Part shown: positions 1 to 9,235 of the stretch, in pieces
Layout: every line of letters begins with the position of its first letter
How positions within the stretch are numbered: position 1 is the first letter of the stretch
Virus record (IMG/VR): IMGVR_UViG_3300017722_002988
Span: 67,760 to 131,759 of that record
Direction: 5' to 3' (one strand)
DNA: 64,000 nt
DNA from: a virus
Taxonomy: Duplodnaviria > Heunggongvirae > Uroviricota > Caudoviricetes
Translations under genes and position numbers: made by a program
Notes under the pieces: generated by a model
Database searches by the model: none
Told to the model about the DNA's origin: nothing
What the model saw: the letters and a program-made list of their open reading frames with translations, nothing else

Positions 1-3
1 ACG

Positions 4-234
4 TTGGATGAAGAATACAATATGCCAAATGACTTTGTGGCGTACATGGCCCATTACAGCACGAAGTGGTTTGATGGGCAAATCGCCCCATACAATCTTG
101 AAACTGTGGTCCGCTTTAACGAAGCCATGGTGAAGACTGCTGCCATTGCAGTTGCCGCCGCCGAACTATCGGAAAAGATCATCAACGGCGAAATCGACCG
201 GCCCGACATTCTACAAGCTGCAACGGAAGCGTAA
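4..234 (+). CDS. C-terminal fragment of an unidentified protein (the ORF runs in from upstream of the window)
   Basis: Open frame to the window edge; ends 1 nt before the dCMP deaminase start; no recognisable motif. Confidence 0.35.
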   Translation: MDEEYNMPNDFVAYMAHYSTKWFDGQIAPYNLETVVRFNEAMVKTAAIAVAAAELSEKIINGEIDRPDILQAATEA

Positions 235-725
235 TGAAAAACTCTTGGAAGACCAAGTATCTCGATCTTGCTCAACACTTCTCTACGTGGTCCAAGGATC
301 CGAGTTCTAAAATCGGCGCCGTCACGGTTGCCGATGACGGCCGAGTTCTGACCCAGGGGTACAATGGTTTTCCAAGAGGCATTGCTGACACGCCTGAGCG
401 TCTGAACGATAGGCCTACCAAATATGGTCTAGTGGTTCATGCTGAAATGAACTGCATTTACAACGCGGCTGACATGGGCATTAGTCTGAGAGATTCGTCT
501 CTATTCGTGTATGGGCTTCCTGTATGCGATCATTGCTCGTTGGGCATCATTCAGGCCGGCATCAAGAAGGTCTACATGAGACCTAACTATGAAAAACTCA
601 CGCCTACGTGGTTGGCTTCCTTCCATAACACAGCCAATAACTTTGCAGAGGCTGGGGTTCATTGGGAAATCGAAGTCCCTCGCCTTGAGGGTGTTGAGTA
701 CCTGGAGCTTCATAGGTTCACATGA
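234..725 (+). CDS. cd: dCMP deaminase (zinc-dependent cytidine/deoxycytidylate deaminase)
   Basis: HAEMNC...PCDHC zinc-binding deaminase motif; 163 aa is typical of T4 Cd. Confidence 0.85.
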   Translation: MKNSWKTKYLDLAQHFSTWSKDPSSKIGAVTVADDGRVLTQGYNGFPRGIADTPERLNDRPTKYGLVVHAEMNCIYNAADMGISLRDSSLFVYGLPVCDHCSLGIIQAGIKKVYMRPNYEKLTPTWLASFHNTANNFAEAGVHWEIEVPRLEGVEYLELHRFT

Positions 726-1915
726 CAATCACACTGACTCCGTATTACGATGAGTTTCTCCGTTACCACGAACTGGCAAAGAAACAGCAGGATCTCTGCA
801 ATCTAGGATCTGAGTCGTATCTTGGCTCTGTAGGCGATCCGCTCATGGAGCACGTTGAGTTGTATGATGTGGTCGAACGGAAGTATGCCGGCTTTAGCCA
901 GATCGTTCATGATGTTTGGTACGGTTGGCGAAAAGATCACCCATACTGGGACAAGATGGCAGTCGGCAATGTTTCGCGGCAACGGGAGATGATTGCCAAG
1001 GACTGGACCGGGAAGCACATCGGTCTACCTGAGTTTCTTTATATGCTGATCCTTCACCGGGTCACGGGTTCTGGCATTAATTACGCCGCCAAACCATCTG
1101 GTTACCATAACTCGATTTTGATGCATCTTCATCAATGCCATAACGGTGATAATGTAATCACTATGAATAAGATGGTTGATTTCATCAAGCATTACCCATC
1201 CACGTTCATGACATCAGTCGGGTATCAGTTTCCTAAATTCCCTAAGAGCCCAAGTTCTGAATACCGTATTGGCGGAATTTATTATCTCTGTGAATTTGCA
1301 CCAAAGCTCGCTAGAGACCTGGCCACGATGCTTCAGGACATCCAAACTCCAGGGCTTGGAATCACTAAATTGACATTTAGACAGCTCGGTGAATGGATGC
1401 TCAACTGGAATCTAGAGCATGGCCTCGGGCGATATATATTCCAGTACGCGGCCGTGATCGCAGACATTGCTGATTGGCTACCGCAGTACGTAGACCATTC
1501 GAGCATGTTCTACTATGGGACTAATGCGGTTAACTGCATGGGTTTCATGGGAACGTCCACCAAACTCAAAGGCCAAGATCTCCTTGATGCAATCATGGAG
1601 CAGGCAGTTAAAGACACAGGCGGGCACCCGTATAATCTGGAAGACGTCATGTGTGACACGATCCGGTACGTAGAGAATTACTGTCGGCCCGGAGACGCTT
1701 ACGGGCACCTGGATCTTGATAAGGTCTGGAACACGTCCAAGATCATCCATCCTTACGGACGCCAAAAGGCTATGTTGGATCTAGGTCTGGTCAAGACGTT
1801 CAATGACATCAAACATCACCCCACCGGCGACTCTGTTATCGCAGCCGCCGGCATGAAACCACATGAATATATTGAGAAAGTGAAAGACCTGCATGGCACT
1901 ACGCAGTCACTCTGA
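722..1915 (+). CDS. hypothetical protein (397 aa), translationally coupled to cd
   Basis: Long ORF overlapping the cd stop by 4 nt; no motif recognised; sits in the nucleotide-metabolism cluster. Confidence 0.6.
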   Translation: MTITLTPYYDEFLRYHELAKKQQDLCNLGSESYLGSVGDPLMEHVELYDVVERKYAGFSQIVHDVWYGWRKDHPYWDKMAVGNVSRQREMIAKDWTGKHIGLPEFLYMLILHRVTGSGINYAAKPSGYHNSILMHLHQCHNGDNVITMNKMVDFIKHYPSTFMTSVGYQFPKFPKSPSSEYRIGGIYYLCEFAPKLARDLATMLQDIQTPGLGITKLTFRQLGEWMLNWNLEHGLGRYIFQYAAVIADIADWLPQYVDHSSMFYYGTNAVNCMGFMGTSTKLKGQDLLDAIMEQAVKDTGGHPYNLEDVMCDTIRYVENYCRPGDAYGHLDLDKVWNTSKIIHPYGRQKAMLDLGLVKTFNDIKHHPTGDSVIAAAGMKPHEYIEKVKDLHGTTQSL

Positions 1916-2786
1916 ACACGTCCTAGATGGGCTCAACCGAGATGTTGGTGTCATCGGTTGGGAAGCAGCCAAGGAATATTATCTGGGCCTAGCTGAAGGT
2001 TGGAAACCTTACAACCCAGATCCCATCACAAAAATCCACGAAGGTATTACTGTAGTTCGCGATGATCTCGTAGCCGGTACAAAAACTCGCGCCGCAGACC
2101 TTCTTCTGAGTAGGACACAAGCCGATCGCTTTGTATACGTTCAGCCCCGTACTGGACTTGCTGGGGTATCGCTGCTTCACGCTGCCAAGGTTCACAACCG
2201 CGACGTTACTCTCTTCATGCCATCCTCCAAGAGGATCAGTCTTCACCAGGCCTGCTGCATCGAACAGGGAGCGACTCCTATATTCGAGCGAATTGCGGCT
2301 ATGCCAAATCTCAACAAAATTGCAAAGGAATGGTCAGATGACAACAAAGCCTTCTTCATACCCCTCGGGCTTCGTCACGAACTCGCAACTGCGGCCATCG
2401 TCGCCGCCGCCTCCAGTATTCCTGAACCCGACGAAGTCTACGTTGCAATCTCAACTGGGGTTCTTACCAGATCTCTCCAAATCGCATGGCCCAATGCCAA
2501 GTTCACCGCGGTGGCGGTCGCTAGGAACCTGAAGGCTGGTGAGGCCGGTCCTTCAAAGATCATCTCAGAACCCCTCGAGTTTCAAACTAAGGAGAAGGAA
2601 GAAAACCTCCCTCCGTTCCCATGTGTAGAAACCTACGACGGGAAAGTCTGGAAATATATTCCGAAGAACACGGGCCGCAACATCTTGTTCTGGAACGTCG
2701 GGCAGAACCCAGTTCTGAAGGATGAAACCATATATGATCGTGTTAACTCGGTAAGAGAGTGGAAGAAGAAATGTCCGGTAGATTAA
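1893..2786 (+). CDS. putative PLP-dependent enzyme (fold-type II, Trp-synthase-beta / ACC-deaminase-like)
   Basis: GTKTRAADLLL resembles the PLP-lysine motif GxNKxRKLE of fold-type II enzymes; the assignment is tentative. Confidence 0.45.
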   Translation: MALRSHSEHVLDGLNRDVGVIGWEAAKEYYLGLAEGWKPYNPDPITKIHEGITVVRDDLVAGTKTRAADLLLSRTQADRFVYVQPRTGLAGVSLLHAAKVHNRDVTLFMPSSKRISLHQACCIEQGATPIFERIAAMPNLNKIAKEWSDDNKAFFIPLGLRHELATAAIVAAASSIPEPDEVYVAISTGVLTRSLQIAWPNAKFTAVAVARNLKAGEAGPSKIISEPLEFQTKEKEENLPPFPCVETYDGKVWKYIPKNTGRNILFWNVGQNPVLKDETIYDRVNSVREWKKKCPVD

Positions 2787-3331
2787 CAGTAACCTGCGGC
2801 CCGATGTTTGCCGGCAAATCTACGGCCCTCCAGAGTGACATCGAGCTGTTTGCTAGCCCATATCGGGTTTTCAAACCTGAGCTTGATACTAGAAGCCCAG
2901 GCCGAATCGTCTTGCATAACGGTAGCTATATTGACGCCATAGAGATAGATGCAACAGACGGGTCGCTGTGCGCACATCTAGATGAAGGTGTTAGAACCAT
3001 CTTTATTGACGAGATCCAGTTCTTCGGGCCCTGGATTACTCGTGAGATCATTTATTTGATCTTGGAGCAAAATATTGATGTACATGTTTATGGACTTGAT
3101 TTAGATTATAAAGGTGGGGCCTGGCCACGCATGTCGGAACTACTGCCGTTGGCAGATGAGGTCCACAAGCTGAAGGCTGTGTGTCAGATGTGTGGGAAGT
3201 TCGCTTCCAAGACTGTTCGCATCTCCCACGAAGAATACCAAAACCAGGTTATGGTCGGCGCAGCTGACCTGTATGAACCTAGGTGCAACCTCCACTTTGC
3301 AGAGCATTTTCATGAAGATATTGCTGACTAG
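2759..3331 (+). CDS. tk: thymidine kinase
   Basis: N-terminal P-loop CGPMFAGKST; C-terminal CxxC zinc ribbon; about 190 aa. Confidence 0.9.
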   Translation: MEEEMSGRLTVTCGPMFAGKSTALQSDIELFASPYRVFKPELDTRSPGRIVLHNGSYIDAIEIDATDGSLCAHLDEGVRTIFIDEIQFFGPWITREIIYLILEQNIDVHVYGLDLDYKGGAWPRMSELLPLADEVHKLKAVCQMCGKFASKTVRISHEEYQNQVMVGAADLYEPRCNLHFAEHFHEDIAD

Positions 3332-4388
3332 TCCGGTAACGCCTATCTCGGAATCCGAGTACTCGCACCGGTCTGCTCAAGCTGAGATTTATGCTCAGAT
3401 GATCTATGATACCTTCGACTGCCCTATCGGCAATTTAGAAGTGGTCATTAACTATCGGAACAAGATCAAGGACTATTCAGATTTTGATCTCGTCTACGTC
3501 TATCACGGCAATGACTGGGGTGGAGCGCTGAACCTATTCGGAGGTATCAGCGGTTTGTCAGATCCAGAGGGTTTGGTCGCTTTGCATAAACTCGACACCA
3601 AGAATGTGGTGTCTATTGCAATCCCAATGCCTGATTATGCTGGCCTTCTGAGAAAGAGGCTGAAGCCTGGTGAGAAGTTCGACTCTATTTTGGACGAACT
3701 CCCAGAGAATACCCCGATGACCTATGCGGTCACCCCAGTATCGTTCGAGGGAACGTCCAATCTGGTCATCGGGGACTCACACGCTATTTGCATGTACCGC
3801 CCTGGTTGGGAAGTTCTGTCGATTCCATTCAAAACTCTTCACGGTGCTATGACTGGTCCTGGTAGCATCCGTCAGTTGGTGGCAGATAAGTTTGCACACT
3901 CCGGCCATTTCGAAAACCTTGAATTCTATTTTGGCAACATCGACATTCGTCATCACTTGATGCGGCAGACGTCGCCGGAGGCTGCCACTATTCTTTTGGC
4001 CAAGCGCTACTTTGAAGAGGTTGAAGGCCGCTTCCCTAATGCACTGTCCAAAGCCATCTACGAACCGCTTCCGATTGAAGACGAATCTCGGAAGCTCCCC
4101 AAAACTGGCTATTACAAGGGTCTTCCTTTTTACGGAACGTGGGAAGAGCGCAACAATATACGAGAACTGTTCGCTGCCACCCTAGAGAAACTATGTGTGG
4201 GCAGCTCGGTCAAGTTCATTCGATGGACCGACTATCTCAAAAATGCGCAAGGCCAACTTGATTTCAAACACATGGAGAAACCTAGGTCTGTCCATTTGGC
4301 TCGTGCTTCGTATCCGCATTGGCAAGGCATGAACAAAATTCCTGAAGCCGTAACTCCAACCTCATCGCTCGAAGGCTTTTTCACTTGA
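3312..4388 (+). CDS. hypothetical protein with a GDS(H) hydrolase-like motif
   Basis: First internal ATG (MKILLTSP) after the tk overlap; VIGDSHAICMY resembles a GDSL/SGNH motif, but its position in the protein is atypical. Confidence 0.5.
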   Translation: MKILLTSPVTPISESEYSHRSAQAEIYAQMIYDTFDCPIGNLEVVINYRNKIKDYSDFDLVYVYHGNDWGGALNLFGGISGLSDPEGLVALHKLDTKNVVSIAIPMPDYAGLLRKRLKPGEKFDSILDELPENTPMTYAVTPVSFEGTSNLVIGDSHAICMYRPGWEVLSIPFKTLHGAMTGPGSIRQLVADKFAHSGHFENLEFYFGNIDIRHHLMRQTSPEAATILLAKRYFEEVEGRFPNALSKAIYEPLPIEDESRKLPKTGYYKGLPFYGTWEERNNIRELFAATLEKLCVGSSVKFIRWTDYLKNAQGQLDFKHMEKPRSVHLARASYPHWQGMNKIPEAVTPTSSLEGFFT

Positions 4389-4918
4389 TTGACTTTCTCA
4401 CCCAAATCAAACAAGACCTGCATCTCTCTGGTCAAATCGACGCACTAGTCGCTGAGCCAGAAAGCTCATGGGTCTGGCAGGTTCCTGCAGGCGGACTTGT
4501 TATGGGAGCTAAGGCTTTTGAGGTGACTATGGAAGTCAGAGACGGCGTCAATTCCGACGGTACCATTCATACCGCAGACGGCCTCACATTTCAAATCTAC
4601 AAACAACCCCGATCAAAGGAACCATCAATGACAGATACCCCATCAAAAGTCGAATATCGTTTTGATGAAGACAAACTTCTGGCTGAGATCGGGGAATATA
4701 TCGCTGGCACATACTCGAAACATTACGCAACCAACGGCGGCATTCAGGCAATGGATGCCATTACAGCTACGGGTGCAGGTGTAGGATTCTGCGTTGGCAA
4801 TATTCTGAAGTACGCTTGGCGGCTCGGTAAGAAAGACGGATTTAACAAACTTGACATCATGAAGGTGATTCACTATTCGATCATCCTGATGTTCATTATG
4901 AAGAAGGAAACCAAATAA
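4385..4918 (+). CDS. hypothetical protein
   Basis: ORF coupled to its upstream and downstream neighbours. Confidence 0.5.
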   Translation: MIDFLTQIKQDLHLSGQIDALVAEPESSWVWQVPAGGLVMGAKAFEVTMEVRDGVNSDGTIHTADGLTFQIYKQPRSKEPSMTDTPSKVEYRFDEDKLLAEIGEYIAGTYSKHYATNGGIQAMDAITATGAGVGFCVGNILKYAWRLGKKDGFNKLDIMKVIHYSIILMFIMKKETK

Positions 4919-5520
4919 TGAGAGCATATATACTATTAGACCGTTCGGGCAGCATGGCTGGACTCTGGAATGAAGCCATCGGCTCCATCAACGCTTACGT
5001 CAAGGGCCTTCCGGCGAAGGCCAAGGTTACAGCTGACCTGTTTGATACTGGCACGTACGGTCAATCAGATACATATGTCCGCGTCCGCGACACCACGGTC
5101 AACAACTGGCAGGACATCAGCACTACCGAATATTCGCCCCGCGGTGGCACTCCGCTGAATGACGCTGCTGGCCGTCTTCTGACCGAGGTTCTGGCAGCCA
5201 AGGACAAGAAGGCCGTCGTGATCATCATGACTGATGGCTACGAGAACGCCTCCAAGGAATTCACTCTGGCCCAGGTCAAGGAACTCATCAAGAAAGTCGA
5301 AGCCCGTGGTTTCGAGGTCATCTTCCTGGGTGCCAACTTCGATAACGCAGAACAACAAGCTGTCGGCTATGGCGTCGCTATGGACAAGACCATGAACATC
5401 TCCAAGGGCAATCTCGAGAGCACCATGCGTAGCATGTCTCAGATGACGATGGCCTATATGTCGGGATCCTCCGCTTCAATCACACTGGACGCTGGCACCA
5501 AAGCCGCAGCCGTTAAATAA
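4918..5520 (+). CDS. von Willebrand factor A (vWA) domain protein
   Basis: MIDAS motif DRSGSM near the N-terminus and a conserved VVIIMTDG segment. Confidence 0.7.
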   Translation: MRAYILLDRSGSMAGLWNEAIGSINAYVKGLPAKAKVTADLFDTGTYGQSDTYVRVRDTTVNNWQDISTTEYSPRGGTPLNDAAGRLLTEVLAAKDKKAVVIIMTDGYENASKEFTLAQVKELIKKVEARGFEVIFLGANFDNAEQQAVGYGVAMDKTMNISKGNLESTMRSMSQMTMAYMSGSSASITLDAGTKAAAVK

Positions 5521-5528
5521 GGAATAAC

Positions 5529-6392
5529 ATGTCATTTGAACTAACCGTCCAACGCGAAGACCTGAAGAAGCAAAAACTCTTCATCGCCACTCCAATGTAT
5601 GGTGGCATGTGTGCCGGCATGTATTGCAGATCCATCGCCGACCTGAGCGCCCTCTGCACTGCGTACGGCATTTCCCTCCAGATCTACTACCTCTTCAATG
5701 AGAGCCTGATCACCAGGGGCCGGAACTACTGCGTCGATGAATTCCTACGTTCTGGCGCCGACCATTTGATGTTCATTGACGCTGACATCGGCTTCGATCC
5801 GAAAGACGTCATCGCCCTCATGGCCATGCAGATGTCTGATCCTGCGAAGTACAACATTGTCTGCGGTCCTTATCCTAAGAAGTCCATCTCTTGGGAGAAG
5901 ATCAAGCTGGCCGTGGATAAGGGCTTTGCCGATGAAAACCCTAACGACCTCGACAAGTTCGTTGGTGATTACGTCTTCAACCCAAAGGGCGGAACGCAGT
6001 CTATCTCCCTTGGCGAACCAGCTGAAGTTATGGAAGCCGGCACCGGCTTCATGATGATTCACAAGGACGTGTTCCCTAAATATCGGGAAGCATATCCTGA
6101 GCTGAGCTACAAGCCGGACCACGTTCGCTCTGAGCATTTCGACGGCACCAGAGAAATCCACGCCTACTTCGACTGCATCATCGATCCTGATACCAGACGG
6201 TACCTCTCTGAGGACTACATGTTCTGCTATAACGTCAACAAGATGGGTGGTCACATCTGGCTCTGCCCATGGATGAGACTGCAACATGTCGGGACCATGA
6301 TCTTCGGCGGCTCTCTTGCTGATCTTGCGTCAATCGGTGCATCCGCCACAGCGGATCCGAAGGCGATCACGAAAAACAAGAGAAATCAATAA
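5529..6392 (+). CDS. putative glycosyltransferase (GT-A fold, DxD)
   Basis: IATPMYGG...NESLITRGRN...HLMFIDADIGF resembles a GT2-like DxD region; the assignment is tentative. Confidence 0.4.
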   Translation: MSFELTVQREDLKKQKLFIATPMYGGMCAGMYCRSIADLSALCTAYGISLQIYYLFNESLITRGRNYCVDEFLRSGADHLMFIDADIGFDPKDVIALMAMQMSDPAKYNIVCGPYPKKSISWEKIKLAVDKGFADENPNDLDKFVGDYVFNPKGGTQSISLGEPAEVMEAGTGFMMIHKDVFPKYREAYPELSYKPDHVRSEHFDGTREIHAYFDCIIDPDTRRYLSEDYMFCYNVNKMGGHIWLCPWMRLQHVGTMIFGGSLADLASIGASATADPKAITKNKRNQ

Positions 6393-6462
6393 GCTGTGTA
6401 CTTAAATGGGCTCAAGTGCTAAAATGGCACTTGAGCCCCGACCATTTGGAGAATATTTCGTA

Positions 6463-7122
6463 ATGAATCTAGACCCCCGCACGCTGCAGATCCTTAAGTC
6501 GTTCTCAGCCATCAACCCATCCATCCATTTCAATGACGGGAAGACTCTAAAGACCATCTCGCCTACGAAGACCGTGATGGCAAAGGCTACTCTTGATGAC
6601 GGGTTCGACCGGCCATTTGCCATCTACGACCTGTCCAGGTTCCTCGGCGTTCTCAGTCTGTTCGATAACCCCGAACTGACCATCACAGACACCGCCGTTG
6701 AGATCCGCGGCCGCAATGGCGACAGCATCAACTACGTCGTTGCCGACCCTTCAAACATCGTGACTCCTCCTGAGAAGGAAATCAAACTCCCTTCAGTTGA
6801 TGCTACCTTCTCGCTGAAGCAAGATGACTTCAACCGCGTGATCAAGGCGCTTTCTGTCCTCGGTCTCCCTGAGATTGCAGTGGTCGGCGACGGTGAAAAA
6901 GTCTTCCTGCAAGCTGCTGACTCCAAGAACCCGACCGGTGACGTATATAAGACTCCAGTCGGTGAAACTGACAAGACTTTTCGAGCCATCTTCAAGTCTG
7001 AGAACCTGAAGATCTTGTCGGGTGACTATGAGGTCTCCATCAGCAAAGCCGGCCTGAGCCACTTTGCTGGAGCTGGCATCGAATATTGGATCGCCATGGA
7101 AGGCACGTCCAAGTTCAACTAA
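6463..7122 (+). CDS. 45: DNA polymerase sliding clamp gp45
   Basis: Recalled similarity to T4 gp45 (LKSFSAINPSI, AIYDLSRFLGVLSL); start chosen at MNLDPRTLQIL with an upstream GGAG. Confidence 0.85.
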   Translation: MNLDPRTLQILKSFSAINPSIHFNDGKTLKTISPTKTVMAKATLDDGFDRPFAIYDLSRFLGVLSLFDNPELTITDTAVEIRGRNGDSINYVVADPSNIVTPPEKEIKLPSVDATFSLKQDDFNRVIKALSVLGLPEIAVVGDGEKVFLQAADSKNPTGDVYKTPVGETDKTFRAIFKSENLKILSGDYEVSISKAGLSHFAGAGIEYWIAMEGTSKFN

Positions 7123-7152
7123 GACTACCTTTTATCATGGAGCTATTTCATA

Positions 7153-8094
7153 ATGCGTGAGCAATTCCTCTACGTGGAAAAATACCGCCCTCACACGGTG
7201 GCGGATACCATTCTTCCAGAGAGTCTCAAAGCGACCTTCCAGTCCTACGTCGACAAGGGCAACATTCCAAACATGACCCTGGTCGGTGGACCAGGCATTG
7301 GTAAAACCACCATTGCCAAGGCAATGTGCGACGAGTTGGGTATCGACTATATCGTCATCAACGGTTCGCTCGATCTGAACAAAGATGCTCTGCGAAACGA
7401 GGTGCAGCAGTTCGCATCTTCAGTCTCCTTCACGGGCGGCCGCAAGATGGTCATCGTCGACGAAGCCGATGGTTTGCGCGGCGACGTTCAGGGAGCACTT
7501 CGTGCTTTCACTGAAGAGTTCTCGGCCAACTGCGGTTTCATCCTGACTGCCAACTTCGGCAATAAGATCATGGAAGCTCTCCGCAGCCGCTGTCCTCCGG
7601 TGAACCTGACTATCCGCAAGGATGACAAGCCACAGATGGCCATGCAGTTCATGAAGCGTTGCCTGTCCATCCTTGACAAAGAGGGTGTCACCTATTCCAA
7701 AGAGGCGCTCGCTGCTATCATCCAGAAATACTTCCCCGATTTCCGTCGGACTCTGGGAGTTCTGCAGGAATACGCTTCGGCCACTGGCACTATTGATTCT
7801 GGTGCCCTCGTCGATTTGGCAGATGAATCCATCGATGCTATCAAGAAGCTGATCAAGGAGAAGAACTTCTCTGGCATGCGGAAGTGGGTCGGCGAACATT
7901 CGGACATGGACACAACTGTCTTCTTCCGGGCCCTCTATGACAAGATCACTCCAGATCTAGAACCCAACTCGGCTCCACAACTGGTCTTGATCTTGGCTGA
8001 CTATCAGTATAAGGCGGCCTTCGTCGCCGACCAGGAGATCAACACGGCCGCGGCTCTGACTGAGATCATGGCCTCCGTCATCTTCAAGGGGTAA
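7153..8094 (+). CDS. 44: clamp loader large subunit gp44 (AAA+)
   Basis: Walker A LVGGPGIGKTT, Walker B VIVDEAD, SRC motif; 313 aa. Confidence 0.9.
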   Translation: MREQFLYVEKYRPHTVADTILPESLKATFQSYVDKGNIPNMTLVGGPGIGKTTIAKAMCDELGIDYIVINGSLDLNKDALRNEVQQFASSVSFTGGRKMVIVDEADGLRGDVQGALRAFTEEFSANCGFILTANFGNKIMEALRSRCPPVNLTIRKDDKPQMAMQFMKRCLSILDKEGVTYSKEALAAIIQKYFPDFRRTLGVLQEYASATGTIDSGALVDLADESIDAIKKLIKEKNFSGMRKWVGEHSDMDTTVFFRALYDKITPDLEPNSAPQLVLILADYQYKAAFVADQEINTAAALTEIMASVIFKG

Positions 8095-8096
8095 AT

Positions 8097-8492
8097 ATGG
8101 CCGGCAACCCCTTCGAATACATTAACAACCTCACGTCCGGCCGGCAGAACATGATTCGCGAGAGCGATGATCCGTTTGTCGCCGAAAAGGAATACCCAGC
8201 GTTCATGGCGAACCGGGGCCTCTCCTACTTCATCGACACGATCATGTATGCTAATGACATGAACAGGCACGCTTCGCTTGATAACATCATGCAGTACGAA
8301 TACCTCTACTATTCTGTTCCTAAGAAGAAGAGGTTTACAAAATGGTCCAAGCCTGACAAGTCTGAAGAGGTCGCATTGGTCTCGGAATACTATGGCTATT
8401 CAAAGAAGCGAGCAGAAGAAGCTCTGCGGCTGTTGACTCCAGATCAACTTGCCACTATCAGAAAGGTCTTGGACAAGGGCGGAAAGTCTTAA
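8097..8492 (+). CDS. 62: clamp loader small subunit gp62 (assigned by position)
   Basis: Immediately follows gene 44 with a 2-nt gap, as in T4; 131 aa. Confidence 0.55.
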   Translation: MAGNPFEYINNLTSGRQNMIRESDDPFVAEKEYPAFMANRGLSYFIDTIMYANDMNRHASLDNIMQYEYLYYSVPKKKRFTKWSKPDKSEEVALVSEYYGYSKKRAEEALRLLTPDQLATIRKVLDKGGKS

Positions 8493-8538
8493 TGCATAAA
8501 TATCAACAACGTCATGGAGTAATGATGAGTTAGGAAGT

Positions 8539-8955
8539 GTGCAAACCATGGTTGATCAAGATATATTCCGCGGTCTAGGTGTTGAAATCCAGATTGCCAA
8601 GGAAGATGACTTCCTTAAAATCAAAGAGACTTTGACTCGTATAGGCATCGCCTCTAAAAAAGACCAAAAACTGTTTCAGTCATGCCATATTCTCCACAAG
8701 CGTGGACGGTATGCCATCATGCATTTTAAGGAACTCTTCATCTTAGATGCAAAGAAGACTGATTTCACCGATGACGACCTTGGTCGTAGAAATACCATCG
8801 CTAGCCTGCTTGAGGAATGGGGCCTCATCAAGATAGCCAATCCTAAAATGTGTGAATCTCCCCGTGCCGACCTTCGTAACATTAAAATCCTCCCATTTTC
8901 TCAGAAGCGAGATTGGGAGTTGTGCTCTAAATATACCATAGGAAACAAGCAATGA
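8539..8955 (+). CDS. regA: translational repressor RegA
   Basis: Recalled T4 RegA similarity: FLKIKETLTRIGIA, QSCHILHKRG, C-terminal KYTIGN. Confidence 0.85.
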   Translation: MQTMVDQDIFRGLGVEIQIAKEDDFLKIKETLTRIGIASKKDQKLFQSCHILHKRGRYAIMHFKELFILDAKKTDFTDDDLGRRNTIASLLEEWGLIKIANPKMCESPRADLRNIKILPFSQKRDWELCSKYTIGNKQ

Positions 8956-9152
8956 TTAAACTAGAAATGACCACCATTCAGGCATCCGCATTCCTGCAGA
9001 TTCTTGATAGCGCTGTTCGTGCCAACGGCCTGAACGCTGCTGAGACTCTTGTCATCGTCCAGCCGGTTCTGGCTCAGCTGATCAACGATTACCGTCTTGC
9101 AGTAGAGACGGAACAGCTGGCCGCTCAAGCCCCGGCCGCTCCGGCTAAGTAA
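8952..9152 (+). CDS. hypothetical small protein (66 aa)
   Basis: ORF coupled to regA. Confidence 0.4.
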   Translation: MIKLEMTTIQASAFLQILDSAVRANGLNAAETLVIVQPVLAQLINDYRLAVETEQLAAQAPAAPAK

Positions 9153-9176
9153 GGCCTACCGCACTTTTTAGTGTAC

Positions 9177-9231
9177 AAAATATCCTAAGTGGTTTATGGT
9201 GGTTTATACCCGTCTAACACTTAGGATATTT
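9177..9231. repeat. perfect 15-nt inverted repeat (AAAATATCCTAAGTG / CACTTAGGATATTTT) flanking a GGTTTAT direct repeat
   Basis: Read directly in the intergenic region between the regA cluster and the 370-aa ORF, just after a GTGTACA box. Confidence 0.8.
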
Positions 9232-9235
9232 TCGT

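Noticed and set aside
5745-8270. Minus-strand ORFs 5745-6287, 7420-7899 and 8004-8270 inside the glycosyltransferase, gp44 and gp62 genes
   Set aside because: They are antisense to conserved replication genes, and there is no RBS or promoter context on the minus strand.
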